Assembly (NCBI GenBank): GCA_965222605.1
Contig: OZ244960.1
Location: 1,632,001 to 1,696,000 of the forward strand
Origin: Candidatus Latescibacterota bacterium
GTDB taxonomy: Bacteria > Latescibacterota > UBA2968
Direction: 5' to 3'
Length of the DNA stretch: 64,000 bases
Shown here: positions 19,868 through 28,886 of the stretch, piece after piece
How the letters are laid out: each line of letters begins with the position of its first letter
How positions within the stretch are numbered: the stretch's first letter is position 1
Position numbers and translations under genes: made by a program
The notes under the pieces: generated by a model
Database searches by the model: none
Seen by the model: the letters and a program-made list of their open reading frames with translations, nothing else
Told to the model about the DNA's origin: nothing

Positions 19868-20319
19868 AAATTTGTCTCCATTTTCATCGCAACAAAATAT
19901 TCGTTAAAACCTATCTTCCTCCAAAAGTTCTGGCCTTCCGAGTTAGTTGCCACGACATCGAGAGCTATAGATTGAATGTCTTTGGGAAAACGTGTGTCTA
20001 TTAGAATCTGGAAGGCCGCTTTACCCAAGCCAAGGCGACGATGAGAGCGTTCAATATAATACTGACGAATATAAATTACCGCCTCCTCTGGATAATAGTA
20101 GTCCTTACGCTCTTGATACACGGAATAGCCTATCATCTGTCCATCACTCAGAAACACATCTACCGTCCATATATCGGTATCTAACCACTCGCGAAATCGT
20201 ACCTCATATTCTTCCAGTGAAAACGGATTCTCGCTGCCCTGGTCATCCACGAGGCAACTATTCATTATAGCCAACTGAGGCAAGTCACTTAATTGCGCAG
20301 CGCGAACGGCGACTGACAT
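19864..20319 (-). CDS. GNAT acetyltransferase
   Basis: YIRQYYI...HRRLGLG, N..GQNFWRKIGF. Confidence 0.88.
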   Translation of the reverse strand: MSVAVRAAQLSDLPQLAIMNSCLVDDQGSENPFSLEEYEVRFREWLDTDIWTVDVFLSDGQMIGYSVYQERKDYYYPEEAVIYIRQYYIERSHRRLGLGKAAFQILIDTRFPKDIQSIALDVVATNSEGQNFWRKIGFNEYFVAMKMETNL

Positions 20320-20332
20320 GATACCCTCACTG

Positions 20333-20809
20333 TCATTTTTTTAATAATTTCTCAAAAGAAACAATAGTCATTCTGTCGTTAACCTCTTGAGTGGCTCCCG
20401 TTCTCCTGTAGCCCATTTTCTCATAAAAATAACAGTTGCCTTCCTCTTGTAGAATCGTCTCAAGTTCCCAGCACTCCGCATCAACAACATCCTCAACAAG
20501 CGCGATAGCATCCTGACCATACCCCTTCCCCTGATGCTCTGGGACGATAAACATGGGACTAATCCTCGCTCGCCTGATCTCGTCATCGTAGATAATTCTG
20601 ATCGCTCCGATTTGGACGCCATCAAGCATAATAAAATAGTAAGTGGTATGGTGTTGCTTTAATCTATCAATAATACGTTCAACGTCTTCATTAGCCGGAT
20701 TCGTTCCGTAATCCCGATACTTGCGGAGCAATGGCAGAAATGACCCAACCTGAAGCCGGTGAATAGCTTCCGCGTCTCTCATAGATGCTTTGTTTAGACT
20801 GATTCGCAT
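20333..20809 (-). CDS. GNAT acetyltransferase
   Basis: ISPMFIVPEHQGKGYG, N..FYEKMGY. Confidence 0.9.
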   Translation of the reverse strand: MRISLNKASMRDAEAIHRLQVGSFLPLLRKYRDYGTNPANEDVERIIDRLKQHHTTYYFIMLDGVQIGAIRIIYDDEIRRARISPMFIVPEHQGKGYGQDAIALVEDVVDAECWELETILQEEGNCYFYEKMGYRRTGATQEVNDRMTIVSFEKLLKK

Positions 20810-20828
20810 AAGTAGAAATATACCTCTT

Positions 20829-21380
20829 TCACCTGTTTTTACGAGCCTCCCATTCACAACGCAATAACCCGCACCACACCATGTTTTTAAATTCGCCTCT
20901 CAGATAGATATCCTGGCGCAGGATACCTTCACGGACCATGCCGATCTTCTCCATTACCCGGAGAGAACCGACATTTCTCTCATCGGCCGAGGCTCGAATG
21001 CGATTCAACTCTGGATAGACCGAAAACGCTTCATCGCTAACAGCACCCGCAGCTTCCGTGGTCAACCCCTTTCCCCAAAAGCGTCGGGCAATGCTATAGC
21101 CCATTTCGCCAACGCGATTATCAAAATCAAACCTTATATTGATTCCACCAATAACAGAACCAGCGTGTTCAATCGCCCAGGATGCGCGTGATTTACGATC
21201 CTTCAACAGTTGACCCGCCAAAAATTTTTCGGCATCTGCTCTCGTGTAGGGTTGGGGAACCGGAAGAAAGCGTGCCCATTCCGGATCGGATGCGTATAAC
21301 AGGATATCTTCAACATCCTTGAGGCTAAACAGCCTGAGCTTCAACCGGTCTGTTTTAATAAGTTCTGACATCATTCTCAT
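20829..21380 (-). CDS. RimJ/RimL-type GNAT acetyltransferase
   Basis: TDRLKLR, EMGYSI...FWGKGLTTEA, N.GS.RVMEKIGM..EG. Start approximate. Confidence 0.9.
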   Translation of the reverse strand: MRMMSELIKTDRLKLRLFSLKDVEDILLYASDPEWARFLPVPQPYTRADAEKFLAGQLLKDRKSRASWAIEHAGSVIGGINIRFDFDNRVGEMGYSIARRFWGKGLTTEAAGAVSDEAFSVYPELNRIRASADERNVGSLRVMEKIGMVREGILRQDIYLRGEFKNMVWCGLLRCEWEARKNR

Positions 21381-21542
21381 ATCTCTTTTTTTGAATGTCA
21401 TGAGTCAGAGCGCATCCTCTTTGTTTCCATACATTGGCTGCATATATTAAGCCTATTTCAGGACTGCTGAGGATTGGAACTAAAATTTCCGGGCACAAAC
21501 TTGCGGCTCCCGCCATAGAGGCTTGTGCCAACACAATGACAT

Positions 21543-21616
21543 CTCCTTATAGATAGTGTTTTTACCACGAAGATTTTCTAATCTTGTGACAATTCTAGCG
21601 GCAAAATGGTTTCTAT
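21543..21616 (-). promoter_or_regulatory. Conserved leader copy B (promoter-like boxes plus RBS)
   Basis: Minus strand ATAGAAACCAT-N8-TAGAATtGTCACAaGATTAG...GTAAAA..CTATCT..GGAG; homologous to 31518-31593. Confidence 0.65.
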
Positions 21617-21655
21617 ATTGCAAAGAATGTTCACGATACAACTCAAGAGGGCTAC

Positions 21656-21670
21656 GGAGATTTGCGATAT
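21656..21670. repeat. 15-bp direct repeat, copy 1
   Basis: GGAGATTTGCGATAT, identical to 22149-22163. Confidence 0.85.
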
Positions 21671-21817
21671 CCCGATCCGTCATCCGCGTAGCGAGTTGGG
21701 CGGAGGCGCGATTGCGCCACAACAAAAACCGCTGTATTACACAATTGCAACACAGCGTACTGAACCTGGACAGCTTAATTCCATCTCATTGAACATTCAG
21801 TGGGAATAGACTACCGC

Positions 21818-22078
21818 TCACGCAGCTGTGGTCTGCCTAATTTCCCAACCGGGGAAAACGAGAACAGCCGGATGGCATTGCAACGCTCGAGCGAGTACCT
21901 TGGCGCGCTCAACCCCAACCTGGATGCGGTTATTTTCGATGGCCGAAATAGTCGATTGGGGAATGCCTGTACGCCTGGCGAGTTCATTTTGACTAAGTTC
22001 CTGAAGTTCGCGGATAATACGGACGGATTCTCCTACGGATACCTCAACCTGCTTCTTGGCACGACGGTAATTTTCCAT
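21818..22078 (-). CDS. XRE/HigA-like HTH antitoxin
   Basis: VSVGESVRIIRELQELSQNELA..TGIPQSTISAIEN..RAKVLARAL..HPAVLVFPGW. Confidence 0.88.
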   Translation of the reverse strand: MENYRRAKKQVEVSVGESVRIIRELQELSQNELARRTGIPQSTISAIENNRIQVGVERAKVLARALQCHPAVLVFPGWEIRQTTAA

Positions 22079-22082
22079 TTCA

Positions 22083-22154
22083 CTATCTCCGGTAATCATG
22101 AGCTGTTAGACTTACAACCTGTACGAGAACTCTGCTGGCTTCGGTTTTGGAGAT
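22083..22154 (-). pseudogene. 3' remnant of a RelE/HigB-like toxin
   Basis: Startless frame ISKTEASRVLVQVVSLTAHDYRR* directly upstream of the antitoxin; HDYRR tail typical of this toxin family (from recall). Confidence 0.65.
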
Positions 22155-22163
22155 TTGCGATAT
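22149..22163. repeat. 15-bp direct repeat, copy 2
   Basis: GGAGATTTGCGATAT, identical to 21656-21670. Confidence 0.85.
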
Positions 22164-22172
22164 ACCAAACCA

Positions 22173-22880
22173 TTACGAAATGTGCATATCCACACCGTAT
22201 ATCTGCAATCCCAGCTTTTCTGCGACGCGTTGAGAGGCTTTATTATCCCAGGAAGTACTATAAAGAGGAATACGACCTTGTTCTCTGACAACGCCAGCCC
22301 ATCCTGCCACGACCTGTGCTGCATAGCCCTTCCCCCGATGCGACAGTAAGGTATCTACCCCTGCCTCCTCTGCCTTCTCTGATTTCCGCACGCTCTGGCA
22401 AACCGATACTGCTTTGTCTCCCTCGACAATTGCCACAACAGGCTGGCAGTGATCCAATTCAGGAATCAGGTCGGAAAAACCAAATTCAAGGAGATATGCT
22501 GTACTCCGATCAATCCGCACGACCTCGGGGGAGCCCCCAAGCGAGTCTGGAAATCGATAGGCGGGGCCAATCCATTGCTGGTCCGTTGTAATATATGGTG
22601 TAAGCAAATCCTTCACTGTAGCCAGACACGAGGGGCTTTCATATAAATTGCCAGACGATAGTTGAGCTTGAATGATCGCCTGGACTCGCTGACAGAGCGC
22701 CTCTGGCACATCATAGCGAAAACGCACGACCGAACCGCCTCGAGTTCGTCCGATGAAAACAACAGGAGCAGGATGGTCTTCCGGTCGATACGGTTCATTT
22801 ATGAAACGGAGACGTTCATCATGATCATGAACAAAGAGCGTACCAACCTGAATTTTCATGAGTGATAAATCGGAAATCAT
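22173..22880 (-). CDS. GNAT acetyltransferase (C-terminal GNAT domain)
   Basis: EAGVDT...HRGKGYA, YSTSWDNKASQRVAEKLG. Confidence 0.88.
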   Translation of the reverse strand: MISDLSLMKIQVGTLFVHDHDERLRFINEPYRPEDHPAPVVFIGRTRGGSVVRFRYDVPEALCQRVQAIIQAQLSSGNLYESPSCLATVKDLLTPYITTDQQWIGPAYRFPDSLGGSPEVVRIDRSTAYLLEFGFSDLIPELDHCQPVVAIVEGDKAVSVCQSVRKSEKAEEAGVDTLLSHRGKGYAAQVVAGWAGVVREQGRIPLYSTSWDNKASQRVAEKLGLQIYGVDMHIS

Positions 22881-23311
22881 AGATTTGAGTCACGTGATCG
22901 TATCAAAGTATCTATCCCGTATTTTCCTGAGCCGATAACCACAAACATCCCTGTAATAACCAGGTACAGAAACGCCATCTCCTTCGTGCTAAATGGATCC
23001 GCTGCGTGTTGAAAGAACCCGGCCACCAACATGGTAGAGCAGATAAAAAACGCCCCTGGTCGCGTGAGTAATCCCAGTGCCAGCAATAGCCCGCCGCCAA
23101 ACTCCGAAAAGGCTGCTACCCAGGCAAAAAACTCGGGAACAGGAAACCCCAGATCTCCCGTAATGGTCACAAACCGCTCGGAAGGTGGGAGCTTCCCCAA
23201 TCCATGTCCCAATGCCATACTCAACCCTACAAACACCCGGAGAATCGCCAATCCGACATTTGCCGGGATCGACTCAATAACCGCTCCGCCAAATAGAAGT
23301 CGCTTAATCAT
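22877..23311 (-). CDS. DoxX-family membrane protein
   Basis: LRVFVG...HG.GK, EFGGGLLLALGLLTR, GSGKYGID. Confidence 0.92.
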   Translation of the reverse strand: MIKRLLFGGAVIESIPANVGLAILRVFVGLSMALGHGLGKLPPSERFVTITGDLGFPVPEFFAWVAAFSEFGGGLLLALGLLTRPGAFFICSTMLVAGFFQHAADPFSTKEMAFLYLVITGMFVVIGSGKYGIDTLIRSRDSNL

Positions 23312-23401
23312 ATTCCACCTCCTAATTAAGGTTCACCGCCCTTTCCTCAGAGAGTTCAATACCTTATTTCCACTCCTGAGCATTACATACCCACTATTCA
23401 A

Positions 23402-24031
23402 TCATTGTTCAGAGTTCGCAATAGAATTTTTGAGACCCTCGTTTTTAGAATCTTCAAGAGGATGAAGGTCAATCGGTGTGAGAACCCCGTAAAAGCCGTA
23501 TTTAATACCCGAGTGATCTCCTCTCCCCGGAGGGAAATATTCTTCTATAAGCGCCAATAATTGACGACCAAATTCCGATGCCTGTTCTTCAGAAAGTCGT
23601 GCGCGATTGTGGTTAACTGACATCTGAAATGTCGAGCTATATAAACCCTCGGCAGCTTCGCGAAATGCCTGATTGAACTGACTGACAACATCAGTCGGCA
23701 TGGCCTCGGCAATTTGGTCATTCGTCGAAAGAGTCTCTCGAACGCGAATTCTGCCCGCCGCTGGCAAACAAAACCACTCCTGGAGACCAGCCTCATCTTC
23801 CTCCAAATGCACAACACCTGTTTGCGCCAGTCGTTTCAAGTGATACAGCACCCGGGCATCGGTAACGTCCAACGCCTGCGAAATCTCCGCCACCGACTTC
23901 CCGTCTCCAAGAATTTCGAGGATGCGCCAGCGAAGTGGATCGGCGAGTATATTCGCACGATCATCTTCGACAACGAGCACTGTGTCCTTTAACGCTGTGG
24001 TCGGGAAGGTCAACTCGCGCCATGTACTCAT
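23402..24031 (-). CDS. ArsR-like winged-HTH regulator
   Basis: LADPLRWRILEIL...SVAEISQAL...VLYHLKRL. Confidence 0.82.
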   Translation of the reverse strand: MSTWRELTFPTTALKDTVLVVEDDRANILADPLRWRILEILGDGKSVAEISQALDVTDARVLYHLKRLAQTGVVHLEEDEAGLQEWFCLPAAGRIRVRETLSTNDQIAEAMPTDVVSQFNQAFREAAEGLYSSTFQMSVNHNRARLSEEQASEFGRQLLALIEEYFPPGRGDHSGIKYGFYGVLTPIDLHPLEDSKNEGLKNSIANSEQ

Positions 24032-24097
24032 TCAAATTCTCCAGTCGTATAGTGGTATAATTAAACCAGATCCGCGTGATCAGGGCTTAACCTCATA

Positions 24098-26191
24098 TCA
24101 ATCCTTAAGATATTGATTGAACCAGTTGAGCACGCTCTCGTAATAATCCCTGGTATCCTCAGCTAACCAATTAGTCATAACATGGCCTTCACGTCGATAT
24201 TCTCGCATTTCCACTCGCTTGCCAAGTCGCCTGAGACCGAGGTATGTCTCACGTGCATTCACCGATCCAGGCACATCTTTGGTTCCGCATATAACCAACA
24301 CCGGCGCTTCGACCTGGTCGAAAGCAAAGAGCGGCGAGTTCTTAATATAGGTATCTCGTTTCTCCCATAGACTTCCACCATTTCGCGCTTGCTTTCCCTC
24401 GCACCACCCTATTCTCTGTACATCTACAAAATAGGTACTGGTCATGTTGATTCCGAACGGCGCATTGGCAACTGCGGCGCGGAAAGCCCGTGTATGGGAA
24501 ACCAATGCCATCACACCATAAGCACCATAACTATGCCCCCAAACACCGATTCGATTTCTGTCGGCAAAACCCATTTCTATGACACGATTAACAGCGGGCA
24601 GTGTTACGCCCACAATCTGCTCAATTGGATTATTGTCCTCCATAATCGAATCTGGATATAGTGCAGCATAACCGACGCTGGTGAGTAACCGCGCTTCCGA
24701 GTTATACCTATTACTCCTTGAAAAATTACTCCCAGGATAGATAGTAACAATCAGGGGTAGTCGGTCTTCTGCCCGAGCGTCTCTGGGAAGGAAAAGAGCC
24801 GCCTTCTGTACACGACCATTCGCGTCCTTAAACTCTATGACTTTGCGCACCGGTTGTTCCACATCCCGTCGCCAGGGATTGATCTTAAGTAGTGTCGTTG
24901 CCTCCCCACTGTCGAGAGGGTACGCATGTACCGCCTCTCTGCCGCGAGCAAAAACGAAACGTTCGGATGCTATCAGAGTGAACTCATCAGGACTTGAAAG
25001 TGGCGCGGGACAAACCGTGGTCGTCTCGCCTGAAACGGAATGGATGCGGACGATATATTTCAAGTTATCGCGTTTGTCAATTGCGTGGGCAAGAATATTG
25101 CCCTGATCATCCGTATGAAGAACTGATTCTCCGTGCCGTTGCGCAATCACATTTATCCTCATCTGATTGTCAGTCGAATCCTTCAACAACCGACGATTCT
25201 TACCGTCCTCAATAGATAGATGATACAAACATCCTTTTTGCAGCCATATAAGGCGCGTGCCGTCATCGGTCCACCAGGGTATTTGAAAGTTACCCAGGGA
25301 CGAAGTGAATTCTGTCACCATTGTAGGCTCAGTTGATCCGTCCGCTGGTGCGAAGTAGAGATGTTGAGGGTCACCCCACTTTCCACCGGTGACATAGGAA
25401 ATTGTCTGACAATCGGGCGACCACGAAAAACGACAGGCATAACTGTTGACCGGTACATTCCGAGCGACCGCATAAGGCTCGCGACCATCAAATGGGATGA
25501 TATTCACATCGGCAATAGTGTGGGGACGATCCACCGGATATGCAATTTTATTGAGAAGTGCTACAGCTTGCCCATCAGGAGCCACACGTGGGACAGTGAA
25601 CGTGAGACCGGACGCAAACTCCGTCACAATGCCTGAGCTTACCTCCACAACACCGACGCACTCACCAATACCCGACTGTTTAAAGAAAGATCTATGCTGG
25701 CCTGATGCGGACTGTTCCGGAGTGTATGATTGTACAATGATGTCAGAAGATTTTGTAGAGACACGGGCACTCGGGATCAACGGCACGATGATGCGGCGAC
25801 CGTCAGGAGTCCATTGAGGAACGGCGCCCCACCCGCGGATCACAGCGTTGGATACGAGGAACACTTCGTGCGTCTGTCTGTTCCATAATCCAACACAGGC
25901 ATGAGCATCTTGTGTGACGACATACGCAGCAAGCGTTTGTCCATCTGGAGACCAGCGACCTGCCCAGCTCATCCGTAGATCAGAAAACGGCTCTATGGAC
26001 TCACCTGTTTCAACGTCTATAAGGACAATGTATGCGCCGTTCTCACCATAATTGGTATCGCCTGGCAAGCGACGCTTCCCCTGACTGAGTGTTACAGCAA
26101 GCAATCCGCCATCAGGCGAAATATCCCACGGGCAACGACTGGTAAACTGGTTGACGTTCAACAAGTCATCAACAGTGAATGGTCGCAACAT
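24098..26191 (-). CDS. S9 prolyl oligopeptidase-family peptidase
   Basis: WSPDG beta-propeller repeats; GHSYGA nucleophile; G..D and EGH catalytic motifs. Confidence 0.9.
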   Translation of the reverse strand: MLRPFTVDDLLNVNQFTSRCPWDISPDGGLLAVTLSQGKRRLPGDTNYGENGAYIVLIDVETGESIEPFSDLRMSWAGRWSPDGQTLAAYVVTQDAHACVGLWNRQTHEVFLVSNAVIRGWGAVPQWTPDGRRIIVPLIPSARVSTKSSDIIVQSYTPEQSASGQHRSFFKQSGIGECVGVVEVSSGIVTEFASGLTFTVPRVAPDGQAVALLNKIAYPVDRPHTIADVNIIPFDGREPYAVARNVPVNSYACRFSWSPDCQTISYVTGGKWGDPQHLYFAPADGSTEPTMVTEFTSSLGNFQIPWWTDDGTRLIWLQKGCLYHLSIEDGKNRRLLKDSTDNQMRINVIAQRHGESVLHTDDQGNILAHAIDKRDNLKYIVRIHSVSGETTTVCPAPLSSPDEFTLIASERFVFARGREAVHAYPLDSGEATTLLKINPWRRDVEQPVRKVIEFKDANGRVQKAALFLPRDARAEDRLPLIVTIYPGSNFSRSNRYNSEARLLTSVGYAALYPDSIMEDNNPIEQIVGVTLPAVNRVIEMGFADRNRIGVWGHSYGAYGVMALVSHTRAFRAAVANAPFGINMTSTYFVDVQRIGWCEGKQARNGGSLWEKRDTYIKNSPLFAFDQVEAPVLVICGTKDVPGSVNARETYLGLRRLGKRVEMREYRREGHVMTNWLAEDTRDYYESVLNWFNQYLKD

Positions 26192-26293
26192 ATTTATCTC
26201 TCCTGGGGTTTACTGCTGTTGAGTTCCGTTAAAGACGACTGATGGTTTGGGTTCTGATACAACCACATCTGGCAAATGTGGCCCCTTGGGATT

Positions 26294-27313
26294 TCATTGC
26301 AGACTCTCGAGATCGGAAACCGCCGCACCCAGAAATTCAGGCGTTTTAGGATGTAGAAGACGACCGCAGTCCCAAAAAAACCTTATTCCCCGGAGATTCG
26401 CGACAATTGACAGTAACTTCTCCTCTACAGGCGATAACTCCATAAGGGGCTTTTCGATAACGGCATTGTAGGAAGATCGAAAAGCATCAACATATCCGGG
26501 TTCGGAATGCTCTGAACTCGGCCTGGCCACATATTCTCCCTCCGCTTGCCGCAGGTCATGAGCCGCGATCCCCCAGCCAGCCGATTGGAAATCATGGACG
26601 TTTGAAATACGCAGTGCATTGCCGTTTTCCACAAGCACATTGTGGAGTCCTGCTTCGCCCCACAGAAATACGTTGTCGCCATGCACCCTGACTTCGGGCA
26701 CCGGGTCCGTGGCGACCAATAGCCTGCCCCAGAGTTCCGGCAGAGTTGCTGCCAGGGAGAAAGCCAACTCCTCGTCTCCAAACATTGCTTCCCGGATCGT
26801 CACTTCCCACGACGCAAGATCTCTCGTTTTCTGTGATTGAAGCTCTTGCGGACATTGTTGCCTATGCACATGTGCAACAGTCTGTCCCAGAAGCGCGCCC
26901 AAATGCAATCGCTGTGCCCGAGATGCGCCCAGATAGTAACTGAGACCCGACTCCCCCGGCTCACATGGGATCAAAAGACATTCAAAAGCAAGTGGTTCTC
27001 CATCGTCGTCGTACACCAGAGATTCAGACACCGGAACACCGGCGATACCGCGCAATGCCCTTGTGGCGACGAACTCGGTTTTCAAACTGAAACTGAGGGA
27101 TTGGCGAAACTGGGTCTTCAAGATTACCCGGCCGTGGGCGCGAGTCTCCACCTGAAAAATCTGGTTTATGAAATTGGCTTCCAAACGCTTGATTGACCAG
27201 GACGAGCTGAAACCATGTTTCTCAAAAAGCACATCGATCTGTGCGCGGGTTACATCCGGCTTATCGCGGAATAAAGCTCGGATATCCTTCATGCTGGCGA
27301 GTCTTGTGACCAT
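26294..27313 (-). CDS. Aminoglycoside phosphotransferase (APH)-like protein with a degenerate catalytic loop
   Basis: N..F...ILK, E..A...L...GVPV, A.VH, WGEAGLHNVLV, HDFQSAGWG...DL. Confidence 0.7.
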   Translation of the reverse strand: MVTRLASMKDIRALFRDKPDVTRAQIDVLFEKHGFSSSWSIKRLEANFINQIFQVETRAHGRVILKTQFRQSLSFSLKTEFVATRALRGIAGVPVSESLVYDDDGEPLAFECLLIPCEPGESGLSYYLGASRAQRLHLGALLGQTVAHVHRQQCPQELQSQKTRDLASWEVTIREAMFGDEELAFSLAATLPELWGRLLVATDPVPEVRVHGDNVFLWGEAGLHNVLVENGNALRISNVHDFQSAGWGIAAHDLRQAEGEYVARPSSEHSEPGYVDAFRSSYNAVIEKPLMELSPVEEKLLSIVANLRGIRFFWDCGRLLHPKTPEFLGAAVSDLESLQ

Positions 27314-27366
27314 GCGGTGCTATCTCCGCGGGATATTCTGACTAATGGGATTTCATTTTGACTCAT

Positions 27367-27795
27367 TCACACGTTGATCAAATCGATAGCAGAAGGACCG
27401 GTTTGTACCTTGTAATATGTCCTTGTCTTATCCGCAAAATAGTCCTTGATACGCTCGACCTGCTTCGGGAAGGTGTTACTCGGGATACGATCTAATTGAA
27501 AGTATTCGATCTGGTCCGCCTCATCGGTAAGTTGGACCGTGCCTCCCGTAACCTGGCAAAAAAATGACAATACGATCTCATTCTTATCTGGTTTACTATA
27601 CACCCCACTAAGATAGACGGGCACTGCTCTCAAACCCGTTTCTTCTTCTATCTCCCGCACTAGAGCAGCCCACGGACTCTCGCCAGCCTCAACCCCACCA
27701 CCTGGCAAATTCCACAGATCGAAGTCGCGTCGGTGGCACAACAAGACGCGGTCTTTGTCATCGGTAATGATTCCAAAAACGCCAATTGTGAACAC
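27367..27795 (-). CDS. NUDIX hydrolase
   Basis: WNLPGGGVEAGES...A..REIEEETGL Nudix box. Confidence 0.95.
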   Translation of the reverse strand: MFTIGVFGIITDDKDRVLLCHRRDFDLWNLPGGGVEAGESPWAALVREIEEETGLRAVPVYLSGVYSKPDKNEIVLSFFCQVTGGTVQLTDEADQIEYFQLDRIPSNTFPKQVERIKDYFADKTRTYYKVQTGPSAIDLINV

Positions 27796-27857
27796 GATCA
27801 AATTCCCTTTTTGCTAACTCGAACATATCCCAACTCAGCTTCGGAGATACCCATACT

Positions 27858-28376
27858 TCAAATAAAATCGAGATATAAACGACTGGATTGAATACCCGTG
27901 TTGTTTTGATATTTGCCACTTTCGTAGGTCTCGAAATCGCCATCCAGGGTATGATAGTAAATTTGACAGATTTCCACATTTGGATAGATCCGGATGGGCC
28001 GAATACAAAACATCTCCAAAGTCCAGTAGCCAGCAAATCCCACATCACCAAAACCTGCGGTCACGTGTACAAACAGCCCCAATCTGCCCACTGATGACCG
28101 CCCCTCGAGCATGGGGACATAATTATTCGTTTGGGTGAATTCTGCTGTCCTGCCAAGATAGAGCGTTTGGGGTTGCATCTCGTACCCATCATCCGAAATT
28201 TGAATGGATCGCGTGCGATTTTTCTTTTTCATATCGAGAACGCCATCCTCGTATATCATGAGTTCATTGGCAAGTGAAAGATTATAACTATTTGGATTGA
28301 GCCTGGCAGGATCAAACGGCTCAATAATAATGTCTTTTCCCATTCGCTCGTGAATCATTTTTCCCGACAAAATCAT
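27858..28376 (-). CDS. dcd: dCTP deaminase
   Basis: MILSG, LNPNSYNL, EGRSSVGRLG..VH.TAGFGD.GF.G.WTLE, ICQIYY, KYQ. Confidence 0.93.
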   Translation of the reverse strand: MILSGKMIHERMGKDIIIEPFDPARLNPNSYNLSLANELMIYEDGVLDMKKKNRTRSIQISDDGYEMQPQTLYLGRTAEFTQTNNYVPMLEGRSSVGRLGLFVHVTAGFGDVGFAGYWTLEMFCIRPIRIYPNVEICQIYYHTLDGDFETYESGKYQNNTGIQSSRLYLDFI

Positions 28377-28390
28377 AACGCGCGCCCCGA

Positions 28391-28873
28391 CTATTCTACT
28401 TCTGGAAGATCTCTGTACATTATGTGCATATAGTCTGTAAATCCATGCTTTCTCCAAAATGAATATCCAACTGTATTCATAGAAGCCACCCGCAGTTCGA
28501 CTCTGTCTATTCCCCGAAACCGAAACCAATCCAACACCTCTTTTACCATCAACTCTCCAAGTCCTTTTCTCCTGTGTTCAGAAGAAACAGCCAAATCTTC
28601 AATAGTGCCACAGGTTTGCTTGACGAATACGGGAGGATATTTGTCAATTCTTGCTATTCCGAAGCCCATTGGCTTTGTATTCTCGACCGCTATAATCACA
28701 AGGGCATCCTCAGCCGCGATCAGTCTTGCCAGATTCTTACCCATGCTTTCTTCCGCATCATCAGACAGGGTATATCTCGAATCAAACGGAACATGAAAAT
28801 CCATGAGTTCTTTCCAGATCTCGAGTATAGCGGGTATGTCAGATTTGCGGGCTTTAACAACTTCCATTTTCAT
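28391..28873 (-). CDS. GNAT acetyltransferase
   Basis: IEDLAV...HRRKGLG, N..GYSFWRKHGF. Confidence 0.9.
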   Translation of the reverse strand: MKMEVVKARKSDIPAILEIWKELMDFHVPFDSRYTLSDDAEESMGKNLARLIAAEDALVIIAVENTKPMGFGIARIDKYPPVFVKQTCGTIEDLAVSSEHRRKGLGELMVKEVLDWFRFRGIDRVELRVASMNTVGYSFWRKHGFTDYMHIMYRDLPEVE

Positions 28874-28886
28874 TCTCTCCAATATA

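Noticed and set aside
27798-27854. Serine recombinase gene (GYVRVS motif)
   Set aside because: Only an 18-codon ORF; a 6-residue match is not enough to call a recombinase.
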